From assembly GCA_944393195.1 (NCBI GenBank), contig CALXZG010000003.1:35223-99222 (forward strand): a stretch of DNA of 64,000 nucleotides. The letters run 5' to 3'. The position numbers and the translations under genes are program-made. Shown one piece after another: positions 38,568 to 47,958 of the stretch (positions are counted from its first letter, which is position 1; the number at the start of each line of letters is the position of its first letter). Under the pieces are notes generated by a model, which made no database searches, was not told where the DNA came from, and saw only the letters and a list, made by a program, of their open reading frames with translations. The stretch is from an uncultured Alphaproteobacteria bacterium. GTDB lineage: Bacteria > Pseudomonadota > Alphaproteobacteria > CAAHEQ01 > UBA3637.

Positions 38568-40062
38568 AATCGGTTGGTGTGTCGTCATCGCGGGGTTATT
38601 TATCGGACGCTTGGGAAATGCGACTGTCCGGATGGATGACTTACCCGATTTAGCTGTCGACGGAATTGGGGTAACGACGGTTTTTCCGGCCTCTATTTGG
38701 CAGGGGGGCGGAACGATATCGGATTTAACCGAACAGGTTCGGGGCGCCGGTAGGTTATCTTTATTGCCGGCCGAACGGGAGATTTTGCGGCAATTGATTA
38801 TGACGGACACCAGTGCCGAGCCGGCTTTGGTGGGCGGGGACGGTTCTTTTTGGACAGCTCGGGCAGATGCGTTGATGGCGCAGGGGTTGTTTGAAGATGT
38901 GATTGAATTGGTTGATCAGGTGCCGGTTGAACAACAGACGCCGGTTATGAAACAGCGTCGGTCGGCGGCGTTGTTCGGTGCCGGTCGGATAACGGAAGCG
39001 TGTGCCGAAAAGACGATGGCGGTTTGGGAGGATCGGGAAAATGCCGTACGGGCCGCGTGTGTCTTTTATCAGGGATCGCGGGAGGCCGCTGCTTTGGCGT
39101 TCGATGTTTATCGGGAAGGCGGATCGGATGATGTGTGGATGACGGCCGCGGGCAGTCGGTTGTTTTTGGGGCGCGGGGAGCAGCCGGCGGATGAGCCGGA
39201 TCTGTGGGCGGTCGGGTTGGCTGCGGCGGCTTTCGGCGTGGATGGTATGGAGGGATGGTCCCGCGGATTGTTGCGGGCAGCAGCATTGAATCCGCAAGTG
39301 CCGGTAGATGTGCGTTTGGCGGCAGCCGAAAAAGGAGCTTTGCAAGCGAAAGATTGGCAAACCGTTTTAGAGGCGGTTGCAACGGCGGATAAAGCCGATC
39401 ATTCGAAAAAGGTATCAGAAGTTCGGGAACGGGCGCGATTGTATCAGGCGGCCGTTGCGGCTTCGGACAAGAAACGGTTTGAAGCCGTTCGGGATTTATT
39501 GGCGGCTTTGCGAAAGGCCGGGGTTATGGAAGCTTGGGCACCGGTTGTGTCGCCGTTGGCTATTTCCGTTGAGGTGCAATCGGAACGGGCGGACACGGCT
39601 GCGGATATGATTGTGGCGTGCACTTGGGCGAACGAATTAACGGCGGCACATGCCTGGTATGTTGTATTGTCGGAAAAAGATGCCGTGGCGGCTTTGCGGT
39701 TATCTGGTGTATTAAATGCAATGGGGGCCGGGGTTCCAAAATCGATTGATCCGTTGATTCGGGCGTGTGTGGCGGCGGGGAATTGTGCGGAAGCGTTGCG
39801 CGGTATTCCGTTTTATTTTCCGGCTTCACCGGCTATGGCGGTGCAGGTACCGTCGATTCAGGGGGGGTATCCGGGGTTCGTGACGGGGGCCGTGTGGCAG
39901 CAAATAGCGGATGGCGCGGTCGGTGCAGGGTTATTAAACGGTTTGGGTTTATTGAGTCGGTCGGCGGCGGTTGAGCGGCCGTTGGTTGAAACGATCATGA
40001 AGGCGGTACCGCGCGGAATGGGGGAAGCCGTATTGCGGGAGCGATTGTTGCGTGGCCTATAA
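38551..40062 (+). CDS. Hypothetical Ala-rich exported/anchored protein
   Basis: Start placed at MAIFNRIGWCVVIAGLFIGRLGNA, a hydrophobic N-terminus. About 503 aa with no motif I recognise. It occupies the slot between aroK and xerD. Confidence 0.6.
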   Translation: MAIFNRIGWCVVIAGLFIGRLGNATVRMDDLPDLAVDGIGVTTVFPASIWQGGGTISDLTEQVRGAGRLSLLPAEREILRQLIMTDTSAEPALVGGDGSFWTARADALMAQGLFEDVIELVDQVPVEQQTPVMKQRRSAALFGAGRITEACAEKTMAVWEDRENAVRAACVFYQGSREAAALAFDVYREGGSDDVWMTAAGSRLFLGRGEQPADEPDLWAVGLAAAAFGVDGMEGWSRGLLRAAALNPQVPVDVRLAAAEKGALQAKDWQTVLEAVATADKADHSKKVSEVRERARLYQAAVAASDKKRFEAVRDLLAALRKAGVMEAWAPVVSPLAISVEVQSERADTAADMIVACTWANELTAAHAWYVVLSEKDAVAALRLSGVLNAMGAGVPKSIDPLIRACVAAGNCAEALRGIPFYFPASPAMAVQVPSIQGGYPGFVTGAVWQQIADGAVGAGLLNGLGLLSRSAAVERPLVETIMKAVPRGMGEAVLRERLLRGL

Positions 40063-40975
40063 TCCCGATAAATATATTGATTCCTTTTTGGAAATGATTG
40101 TGGCCGAGCGGGGGGCTTCGCCGCGGACGGTTGTATCGTATCGGCGGGATTTGGATGATTTAAGTGCGTATTTACGAAAAAATCAAAAAATAACGTTGGT
40201 GCGAGCCAAGCATGATCATTTAAAGAATTATTTGCGGCAGTTGGCGGCGCAGAATTTAACGGTTAAGACACAGGCACGACGGTTGTCGGCTATCCGCGAA
40301 TTTTACCGATTTTTATTTTCGGAAAATATCGTTGTTTCCAATCCGTCGGATTATTTATTATCGCCGAAGTTAAATAAGCCGCTGCCTAAATATTTGACGG
40401 AAGAGGAAGTGGTTCGGTTGTTGGAAACGGCCCGTCGGGAAAACAAGCGTATGTACACAATGTTGGAAGTGTTATATGCGACGGGAATGCGTGTCAGTGA
40501 ATTGGTTGAATTGCCGGTATTGGCGTTGACACGGGATTATCGAACCTTGACCGTTATCGGTAAGGGGAATAAGGAACGACTTGTGCCGTTGAATGAGCCG
40601 GCGGCTCGGGCTTTGTCGGATTGGTTGACGGAGCGGGAAAAAGACCTGCCCCCCGGGCGTGTGAGCAAGTGGCTTTTTCCGTCGGCATCTCGAACAGGAC
40701 ATCTGACACGAGATGGATTTTTCAAGCATTTAAAGCAGGTGGCTTTGTTGGCGGGGATTCCGCCGGAACGGGTATCACCCCATGTTTTTCGGCATTCTTT
40801 TGCAAGTCATTTAATTGCGCATGATGCGGATTTGCGGTCGGTGCAAAAGTTATTGGGGCATGCGGACATTGCAACAACGGAGATTTACACGCATGTTTTA
40901 GCGGATCGGTTGAAAAAGGTAGTTGAAAAATCTCATCCTTTAGCGTATAGTAAGGGCAAAGGAATGAATAGATGA
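40052..40975 (+). CDS. xerD: Site-specific tyrosine recombinase XerD
   Basis: 307 aa with RR...LSAIREFYRFL, ATGMRVSEL and HVFRHSFASHL...LLGHADIATTEIYTHV motifs. Confidence 0.9.
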   Translation: MAYNPDKYIDSFLEMIVAERGASPRTVVSYRRDLDDLSAYLRKNQKITLVRAKHDHLKNYLRQLAAQNLTVKTQARRLSAIREFYRFLFSENIVVSNPSDYLLSPKLNKPLPKYLTEEEVVRLLETARRENKRMYTMLEVLYATGMRVSELVELPVLALTRDYRTLTVIGKGNKERLVPLNEPAARALSDWLTEREKDLPPGRVSKWLFPSASRTGHLTRDGFFKHLKQVALLAGIPPERVSPHVFRHSFASHLIAHDADLRSVQKLLGHADIATTEIYTHVLADRLKKVVEKSHPLAYSKGKGMNR

Positions 40976-43900
40976 CGATTTTGGACAAATATATCTTAAA
41001 GCAGATATTGGTCGGGTTTGCCCTTGTGTTAATCAGCATGACGGTGTTGGTCTGGTTAACGCAATCGTTACGCATGATTGACATGATTGTGACAAAAGGG
41101 GTTTCGGTCGGTGTTTTTGTGCGTATGACGATTTTGGTATTGCCGAATTTTATGCAGATTTTGTCGCCAATTGCTTTGTTTGCCGTGACATTATTTACGT
41201 TTATTCGCATGCAGTCGGACAAAGAAGTGATGGTGATGCAGGCCGTGGGGATGAGCACGGGGCAAATTATGCGGGCGCCTTTGATTTTGGCAGGTATATT
41301 GGCCGCCGCGGGGTATTTGTTTTCGATTTTCGTCATTCCGGCGGCAAACACGGATTTACGGGAATTGCAATGGAAAATTCGGAATGATTTGTCCCATTTG
41401 TTATTACAGGAAGGGCAATTTAATTCGTTTAAGAACGGGTTGACTTTGTATGTTCGGGAGCGAACGCCGGACGGTAATGTCAAAGGCGTATTCGCGTATG
41501 AGGCCAAAGGGAAAGGGCAGAATCAGGTTTCTATCTTGGCGGCGGAATCCGGTACTGTTTTTCAGGAACCGGCGGGTGTGCGTGTTGTTTTTAATGCCGG
41601 TGCGCGGCATGAATATAATCCGGAGACCAAGCAGTTTTCTATTTTAAAATTTGACAAGTACACGATGTCTTTTGCCGATAAAAATCAAAGCACGGGAACG
41701 CGGCGGGCGGATGTGCGCGAGTTGTCTTTGCGGCAGTTATGGGCGGCAGAACCGACAGATGCGGCGAATATGGCTCAGTACCGTAAGCATAAAGTGGAAT
41801 TAGCCAAGCGATTGTTGCAGCCGTTGTATAATTTCACGTTTGTCTTTTTGGCGATGTTTGGGATTTTATCCGGATATTACAGTCGGCGGGGACAAGCCGG
41901 GCGAATTAACTTTGTTGTCGGGGCAGCCTTAATCGTGCAATCGTTGGCGCTTGCTTTTGAAAATATGGCCGGTAAAAATTTATGGTTTTTAATCCTTGTT
42001 TTTTTGAATGTTTGGATTCCGATGGTTATTACAGGGTGGGCTTTATTTCGGTCACGGAAAAAGAAGCGGAAAGCACCGAAGTGGTTCTTTTGGGCGACGA
42101 TTCTGATCATCGGTGCGGTCAGTTGTCCGGCGCGGGCTTTGGTTGCGTTGAATGATGTTTCTTTTGATAAAGATATGCCGGTTGATTTTGAAGCGGATCA
42201 GGTGTCTTATAATCAGGCCGCGAATGAGGTAGAAGCGCATGGCAATGTTGTTTTGCGGCAGAATGGGACGACGGTAACGACGGAAGAGATTCGGTTTAAT
42301 CGGAACAGTAATCAGATTTTTGCGCCGAACGCGGTGCGGATGGCGATGCCGGACGGGACGACGGCCGAGACGGAGGGCGTCGTTTTGTCGGGAGGCATGA
42401 CGGATATGTCAACGGGTCCGATGCGCGCCCGATTATATGAGGGGACTCGGTTAGCGGCGGATCGGATGAAGCGGACGCAGGACGGAAATCGGGTTTATTT
42501 ACGGGAGGCAACGTATACGCCGTGTGACACGTGTGGGGATGAGGCACCTTTGTGGCGATTGCGGGCGAAGAATTTAAAGCATGATAAAGCAGCGCAGGAA
42601 ATTGTATTTAAGCATGTTTTTTTAGATGTAAAAGATGTACCGGTTTTATATCTGCCGTATTTACAGATGCCGGATTTTACGATTAAGCGTAAGACGGGAT
42701 TTTTGCCGCCGAGTTTGGCGAGTGGGACGGAGATGAAAGGCGGAATTGAGCTGCCTTTGTTTGTTAATGTGGCGGACAATCAGAATTTAACGATAACGCC
42801 GGTTGTTTCCCCGTCACATTTTCCGTTGTTGTTGGCTGATTATCAGGGGATCTATGACCGAGGGGCTTTTAATTTACAGGTGAGCGGAACGCGGGATAAA
42901 GACGACGAGCATAATCAAGCGCATATTAAGGCCGACTTTCGATATGATATGACGGATCATTGGCGGATGAGTGGGCAATTGTTCCGAGTGGCGACGGATA
43001 CTTATTTCCGTAAGTATCGGATTCCGGGCATTGATGATTCGCAATCTTTTTTAACGTCGGATATTAAAGCAGAACGGTTTGGCAATCGCAGTTATTTTAA
43101 AGTTCAGGGATATTCGTTTCAAAGTTTGCAGGATAATGTGGATTCCAAATCGATTCCCGTTATTTTGCCGGTGATGGATTATCAATACAATACAGCGCCT
43201 TTGACAGATTTCGGGATGTATGCTTTTACCCGTGTGAATGCGGCTTTAATCAACACACGGCAGCATTTCAAATCCAATCGGTTGTCGGTGACGCAGGGAA
43301 TCAGCGCGCCGTGGGTGACCCCGATCGGGTTATCTGTCCGAACGACGGCTTCCGTTCGGGCGGACGGATATGCGGTGGATACGGGGCGGTATGCCTTTGC
43401 CGATCGACGAACAGAGGATAATTACACGGCCGGTCGGATTTATCCGAATGTGGCGGTTGAAATGTCCTATCCGATGTTTTCGGCGGGTAAGCGAACTATG
43501 CAGGTGTTGGAGCCGATTGTGATGGTTGTCGCCGCGCCGAACGGTGGAAATAATGATAAAATTCCGAATGTGGACAGTTTAGTCTTTGATTTCGATGATA
43601 CAAACTTATTTTCGGCCAATCGGTTCGCGGGGTATGATCGGGTCGAGCCGGGAACACGGGTCAACTATGGGGTTAAATGGTCGTTGTTCAGTCATCAGAG
43701 TAATCGGTCTTTGTCAGCCTTGTTTGGTCAGAGCTATCGGTTTAACGATAATGCAATGATGACGGAGTTAATGGGGTATAACCCGCACTTTTCCGATTAT
43801 GTCGGGCGCGTTCAGATTCAGAATCAGTATTTAGCTTTGGCATATCGGTTCCGGTTGGATCAGGCCGATTTTTCCATGAAAAAAAGCGAGGTGTCTTTGT

Positions 43901-44226
43901 CCGGCGGGACGGATCCTTTGCGGTTGGGAATTGATTATGTTTATTTAAATTCGTATCAAATCAGTGATAATTATTACCCGACGCGGGAGGAGGTTGTTTT
44001 TTACGGGAGCAGCAAGTTGACGAAAAGTTGGTCTTTGTCGGGGTATTACCGGTATGATTTGTCGGGGGACGGCGGACCGATTGAATCGGGTGGGGCTTTA
44101 CGGTATGACAATGAATGTTTGGCTTTGGTGTTTGAATTGGACAAGTCCTTTACGCGGGACCGCGATTATGAGGGCGGAACGTCGTTTATGTTGAAAGTTA
44201 TTTTAAAAACATTAGGGGGAGAGTAA
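40972..44226 (+). CDS. Single ORF encoding an LptF/LptG-family permease (aa 1-about 360) joined in frame to LptD (aa about 390-1084)
   Basis: The N-terminus MTILDKYILKQILVGF... has 6 TM helices of YjgP/YjgQ type. Next come RSRKKKRKAPK and WFFWATILIIGAVSCPARA, which looks like a signal peptide. An OstA-like N-domain follows (PVDFEADQVSYNQAANEVEAHGNVVL), then a large barrel. No stop and no in-frame ATG/GTG/TTG occurs at the junction (42049-42138). Confidence 0.8.
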   Translation: MTILDKYILKQILVGFALVLISMTVLVWLTQSLRMIDMIVTKGVSVGVFVRMTILVLPNFMQILSPIALFAVTLFTFIRMQSDKEVMVMQAVGMSTGQIMRAPLILAGILAAAGYLFSIFVIPAANTDLRELQWKIRNDLSHLLLQEGQFNSFKNGLTLYVRERTPDGNVKGVFAYEAKGKGQNQVSILAAESGTVFQEPAGVRVVFNAGARHEYNPETKQFSILKFDKYTMSFADKNQSTGTRRADVRELSLRQLWAAEPTDAANMAQYRKHKVELAKRLLQPLYNFTFVFLAMFGILSGYYSRRGQAGRINFVVGAALIVQSLALAFENMAGKNLWFLILVFLNVWIPMVITGWALFRSRKKKRKAPKWFFWATILIIGAVSCPARALVALNDVSFDKDMPVDFEADQVSYNQAANEVEAHGNVVLRQNGTTVTTEEIRFNRNSNQIFAPNAVRMAMPDGTTAETEGVVLSGGMTDMSTGPMRARLYEGTRLAADRMKRTQDGNRVYLREATYTPCDTCGDEAPLWRLRAKNLKHDKAAQEIVFKHVFLDVKDVPVLYLPYLQMPDFTIKRKTGFLPPSLASGTEMKGGIELPLFVNVADNQNLTITPVVSPSHFPLLLADYQGIYDRGAFNLQVSGTRDKDDEHNQAHIKADFRYDMTDHWRMSGQLFRVATDTYFRKYRIPGIDDSQSFLTSDIKAERFGNRSYFKVQGYSFQSLQDNVDSKSIPVILPVMDYQYNTAPLTDFGMYAFTRVNAALINTRQHFKSNRLSVTQGISAPWVTPIGLSVRTTASVRADGYAVDTGRYAFADRRTEDNYTAGRIYPNVAVEMSYPMFSAGKRTMQVLEPIVMVVAAPNGGNNDKIPNVDSLVFDFDDTNLFSANRFAGYDRVEPGTRVNYGVKWSLFSHQSNRSLSALFGQSYRFNDNAMMTELMGYNPHFSDYVGRVQIQNQYLALAYRFRLDQADFSMKKSEVSLSGGTDPLRLGIDYVYLNSYQISDNYYPTREEVVFYGSSKLTKSWSLSGYYRYDLSGDGGPIESGGALRYDNECLALVFELDKSFTRDRDYEGGTSFMLKVILKTLGGE

Positions 44227-45401
44227 TGCAAAAATGGCAATATATGGTAGCGGCGGTTTTAACGATGATCGTATCGACGGCGCGGGCGGAATCGATTGCG
44301 GCTGTCGTAGATGATGTCCCGATTTCTTCTTTTGATGTGGCGGCGCGCGCGCGGTTAATGATGTTGCAGGAGGGGCGTGAGGGAGAAAAAGCCTCGGCCG
44401 AGCAGAAAAAAGCGGCGTTGGAGGCTTTGATTGAAGATCAGATTAAACGGCAAGCTGCCGAGCAACAGGGGATTCATGTGTCGGAAGATGAGGTGGCACG
44501 GGCCGTTCGGCATTTGGAGCAACAAAACCGGATGGCCGAAGGTGGTTTTAAGGCCGTATTGGCACGGAACAATATTCCGGAGTCAGTGTTTGAAAATCAG
44601 ATTCGGGCGGATTTGGGATGGTTACAGGTTATGCAACGGCAGGGCAAAGGTGTGACGGTTCGCCCCGAAGATATTGTGGCGCGGCAGGCAATGATCCGAA
44701 AGGAGTTGGCGCAAGAATCGTTGCATTTTGCGGAAATCGTTTTACCGGATGAGGAAACGGCTTTGGACGTGGCGGCGGAATTGGCAAATGGGGCGGCTTT
44801 TCGGACGTTGGCGGAAACGAAATCAATTGCCGATACGCGGTCGCATGGTGGTGAGGTTCGGGACGCAACGCGTTTTTATTACGGGGCGGAGGTAGCTCCT
44901 ATTTTAGCGCAAATGGCACCGGGACAGTTGTCTCGGCCGATTAAGGTACCACAGGGGTATGCTTTGGTTTTAATGATCGGGCGGCGGGACGCGATTACAA
45001 CGGATACGGTGACGGTGTGGGATTTAATGCAGGCGGTTGTGGCCCCGGATAGTCCGGTGGTTCAAGTCTTAACGCCGAATTTTTCGGGCGGTTGTGAGGC
45101 TTTTGCAATGGCGGTTTCGAAAACGGCCGTTCCGGGGACGATGCAACGGGGGCAGGTATCGCCGACGCAGGTGCCGAGTGAGTTGAAAGCGGTATTGACG
45201 GAAGCGGCTTTTGAAAAACCGGTGGGGCCCGTGATGACACCGGCCGGGGCTTTATATTTAATGAAATGCGGGGAGTCGGTCGAACGGGTTGTTCCGGATG
45301 AGGCGGAGCTTCGGGAACAGATTGAAATGGAGCAAATGGGACGATTATCTCAGCAATTATTGGCAGAAGTCCGGCGGGATGCGGTCATTGAATATAAATA
45401 G
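44226..45401 (+). CDS. surA: SurA-like periplasmic chaperone / parvulin PPIase
   Basis: 391 aa with a signal peptide. SurA N-domain-like helices and a parvulin-like segment (PIKVPQGYALVLM). TAATG overlap with the lptD stop, the canonical lptD-surA order. Confidence 0.7.
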   Translation: MQKWQYMVAAVLTMIVSTARAESIAAVVDDVPISSFDVAARARLMMLQEGREGEKASAEQKKAALEALIEDQIKRQAAEQQGIHVSEDEVARAVRHLEQQNRMAEGGFKAVLARNNIPESVFENQIRADLGWLQVMQRQGKGVTVRPEDIVARQAMIRKELAQESLHFAEIVLPDEETALDVAAELANGAAFRTLAETKSIADTRSHGGEVRDATRFYYGAEVAPILAQMAPGQLSRPIKVPQGYALVLMIGRRDAITTDTVTVWDLMQAVVAPDSPVVQVLTPNFSGGCEAFAMAVSKTAVPGTMQRGQVSPTQVPSELKAVLTEAAFEKPVGPVMTPAGALYLMKCGESVERVVPDEAELREQIEMEQMGRLSQQLLAEVRRDAVIEYK

Positions 45402-45409
45402 GAGGTTGT

Positions 45410-46261
45410 ATGGGGGCGAAAATCATTGATGGAAAAGCTTTGGCTGCCGAAATACGGCAGGCTTTGGCGACGCAGGTGGCGGGATTTGAACGGGCGCCGC
45501 GGTTGGCGGTTATTTTAGTTGGAGATGATCCGGCAAGTCAGGTTTATGTTCGGCATAAAACGGCGGCTGCGGCCGAGGTCGGAATTCAATCGGAAACGTA
45601 TCAATTGTCGCCGGTCATGACGCAGGATGCTTTGATTTCTTTTATTGTCGAATTAAATGAAAATCCCGATGTGGATGCGATTTTGGTACAATTACCGTTG
45701 CCGCCCCACATGAATGCGGCCGCGGTATTGGATGCCATTCATCCCGACAAAGATGCCGATGGGTTGACCAGTCGTAATTTAGGAAAATTGTTTGCCGGTT
45801 ATCCGGCGATTAAGCCGTGTACACCCTTGGCTTGTTTGGCTTTGATTAAAAGTGTCATGCCGGATACGGAGGGGGCGAACGCGGTCATTGTAGGACGATC
45901 CCGCTTGGTGGGAAAACCTTTGGCACAGTTATTATTGGAAGCGCAATGTACGGTGACGCAGGCGCATTCACGGACACGGGATTTGGCCGATGTTTGTCGG
46001 CGGGCGGATATTTTGGTGGCGGCAACAGGGCGGCCGGGATTAATCACGGGCGATTTCATTAAGCCGGGTGCGGTTGTGATTGATGTTGGGATTAATCGGA
46101 CGGCGGCCGGTAAATTAACAGGGGATGTTGTTTTTGATGACGCCGTGAAAATCGCCGGCGCGATAACGCCTGTTCCCGGTGGCGTCGGACCGATGACGGT
46201 GACGATGTTGTTGCAGAATGTTGTTGATATCTTTTTGAAAAAAAAGCTTGCAGGTATTTAA
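45410..46261 (+). CDS. folD: Bifunctional methylenetetrahydrofolate dehydrogenase/cyclohydrolase
   Basis: 283 aa with motifs ILVGDDPASQVYV, ILVQLPLP, VIVGRSRLVGKP and TPVPGGVGPMT. Confidence 0.95.
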   Translation: MGAKIIDGKALAAEIRQALATQVAGFERAPRLAVILVGDDPASQVYVRHKTAAAAEVGIQSETYQLSPVMTQDALISFIVELNENPDVDAILVQLPLPPHMNAAAVLDAIHPDKDADGLTSRNLGKLFAGYPAIKPCTPLACLALIKSVMPDTEGANAVIVGRSRLVGKPLAQLLLEAQCTVTQAHSRTRDLADVCRRADILVAATGRPGLITGDFIKPGAVVIDVGINRTAAGKLTGDVVFDDAVKIAGAITPVPGGVGPMTVTMLLQNVVDIFLKKKLAGI

Positions 46262-46320
46262 GGTTGTGATATAATAAAATTAAGGGAACAGGAAAACGGA
46301 TTGAGCAGAGGAGGCATCCG

Positions 46321-47262
46321 ATGAAGGGAATGTTATCTAAATGGATTGTAATCGGCGTTATCGGTCTGATGAGTGCTAACTCCGTTTCGGCTCAGGAACT
46401 GGTGAGTTCTCTCAGTGAATATCCGAGTTTGATTGCGTTGGTATCGCAGGCGGGATCGGCTGTGTCGGCGTATGATACGTTGGTGGAAGCCGGTGTGACG
46501 ATGAATAACACATTGGGCGGGATTAACCGTTATGTGTCGCCGGTGTTGGGTGCGGCCGGTCGGATTGCCGGAGAAAATTACAGTTTGACCAGTAAAATGC
46601 CGACATCCGTAAAAGGGTTAATGTTGGCGAATATGTCGCCACAAGAAGCGTCGGACGCGATGACGGGGTTGTTAATCCTGGACAAGACAATGACATATAC
46701 GGATGATGCTTTGGCAAAAATTCGGGAAAACCGTGTTGAGGCCATCAATGATACGGCGATTACGTCTATGGCGTATGCTTTGGGAAATGAAGCGGCCATT
46801 AAAAAAGAACAGGAAACAGACGGGTTGGTGGCACAGGCCTTGGGAAATGCAACGGATATGCAGGCTTTGTTCCGGACGTTAACGGCGGTTGATCGGCAGA
46901 CGTTGGTCGTCAGCTTACAGAATTCGGCAATTGAATCAACATCGGCTTCCGTTAAGGCTATGCGAGCGTTAGACGGTGTTGAACAGTCGGCGGCTACAGC
47001 AGCGGAAGAAGCGGCCGAAGGGGAGTCTTTATTGGATAATGTGGCTTCCGGTTTAGGGGCAGCGGATGACGCGGCGGCGGCAGGATTAGGTTTATTGAGT
47101 GATACGATGAAAGGGGTTTCCAGCGGTGTCGGAAATGCGGTAAAGGGGACTCAAAACGCGGTCAGCAGCGGTTCAAAGGCGGCCACCGAATGGGTTGTGG
47201 ATGCTTTTAAATCGTCCGGTGATGATGGTCTGGCGGAAGCGGACAAAGGAGGGGCGTCATGA
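46321..47262 (+). CDS. T4SS-linked secreted protein A (unknown family)
   Basis: 313 aa, AGAGGAGG Shine-Dalgarno, signal peptide ...SANSVSA. The helical Ala/Gln-rich body has a Gly/Ala/Ser-rich tail. ATGA overlap with the next ORF. Confidence 0.75.
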   Translation: MKGMLSKWIVIGVIGLMSANSVSAQELVSSLSEYPSLIALVSQAGSAVSAYDTLVEAGVTMNNTLGGINRYVSPVLGAAGRIAGENYSLTSKMPTSVKGLMLANMSPQEASDAMTGLLILDKTMTYTDDALAKIRENRVEAINDTAITSMAYALGNEAAIKKEQETDGLVAQALGNATDMQALFRTLTAVDRQTLVVSLQNSAIESTSASVKAMRALDGVEQSAATAAEEAAEGESLLDNVASGLGAADDAAAAGLGLLSDTMKGVSSGVGNAVKGTQNAVSSGSKAATEWVVDAFKSSGDDGLAEADKGGAS

Positions 47263-47942
47263 AGAATATTTGGACATATTTAGCGGCGAGTATCGCGGTT
47301 GTCGGGTTTGTCGGCGCGGCGCATGCCATTCCGATTGTGAGTCCGCCGGAAACGATTGCAACGATTAAAGATTTGACGCAGAACGAAACGATCAAAGGAA
47401 TTTCCGATATGCATCAGGAATATCAGGATGCCAGCAATAATATCATGAAATTGCAGACGGCAGCCGGACAGTTAAAGCAATATACTTCGGTGAAGGATGC
47501 GTTATTGGGACGGTCGAATGTTTTATCCGGCGGTATGGGTGTTTTGGGAATTCAGTTAAACAATCCGATTAATGCGTTGTCGGATACGACATTGCGAAAC
47601 ATGGCGAATACGATTGCTTATCCGACGAGTGAGGATGCTCTGCAAAACATGGCGGATCAGGAGTTGCAACGGTTGGCTTGGAAGCAGGCGGAAATTGCGG
47701 GAGATTTAGCGGTTGAAGGAATTGCCCGGGCGTGGATGACGCAGACGGAAGCGTCGGCCAAAAGTCAGGCATTGAGTGAGTATGGGAAAGAAGTAGATAA
47801 TGCGAAGACGCAGTCGGATGTTTTGTTGTCGTTGATTCGAATCAGTTCGGAAATTACGTCCGATATGAACACGCGGGTTATTGTGACATCCGGCGGGGTG
47901 GCAACGGGTAGTGCGGCTGTGTTGCGGGACATTAAGATATAG
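47259..47942 (+). CDS. T4SS-linked secreted protein B (possibly VirB5/TrbJ-like)
   Basis: 227 aa with signal peptide ...VGAAHA. The mature N-terminus is IPIVSPPETIATIKDLTQ..., followed by Gln-rich helices. Size and layout resemble minor-pilin VirB5/TrbJ proteins, by eye only. Confidence 0.7.
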   Translation: MKNIWTYLAASIAVVGFVGAAHAIPIVSPPETIATIKDLTQNETIKGISDMHQEYQDASNNIMKLQTAAGQLKQYTSVKDALLGRSNVLSGGMGVLGIQLNNPINALSDTTLRNMANTIAYPTSEDALQNMADQELQRLAWKQAEIAGDLAVEGIARAWMTQTEASAKSQALSEYGKEVDNAKTQSDVLLSLIRISSEITSDMNTRVIVTSGGVATGSAAVLRDIKI

Positions 47943-47958
47943 AGAGGAGGCGAGCGCG

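Noticed and set aside
38761-39382. 199-aa and 145-aa minus-strand ORFs inside the 38551-40062 gene
   Set aside because: Both are Pro/Arg/His-rich antisense frames. The plus-strand ORF has an N-terminal hydrophobic anchor and continues the operon into xerD, although its own function is unknown.
40722-41507. 261-aa minus-strand ORF spanning the xerD/lptG junction
   Set aside because: It overlaps two well-supported plus-strand genes, has no Shine-Dalgarno, and its composition looks like an antisense shadow.
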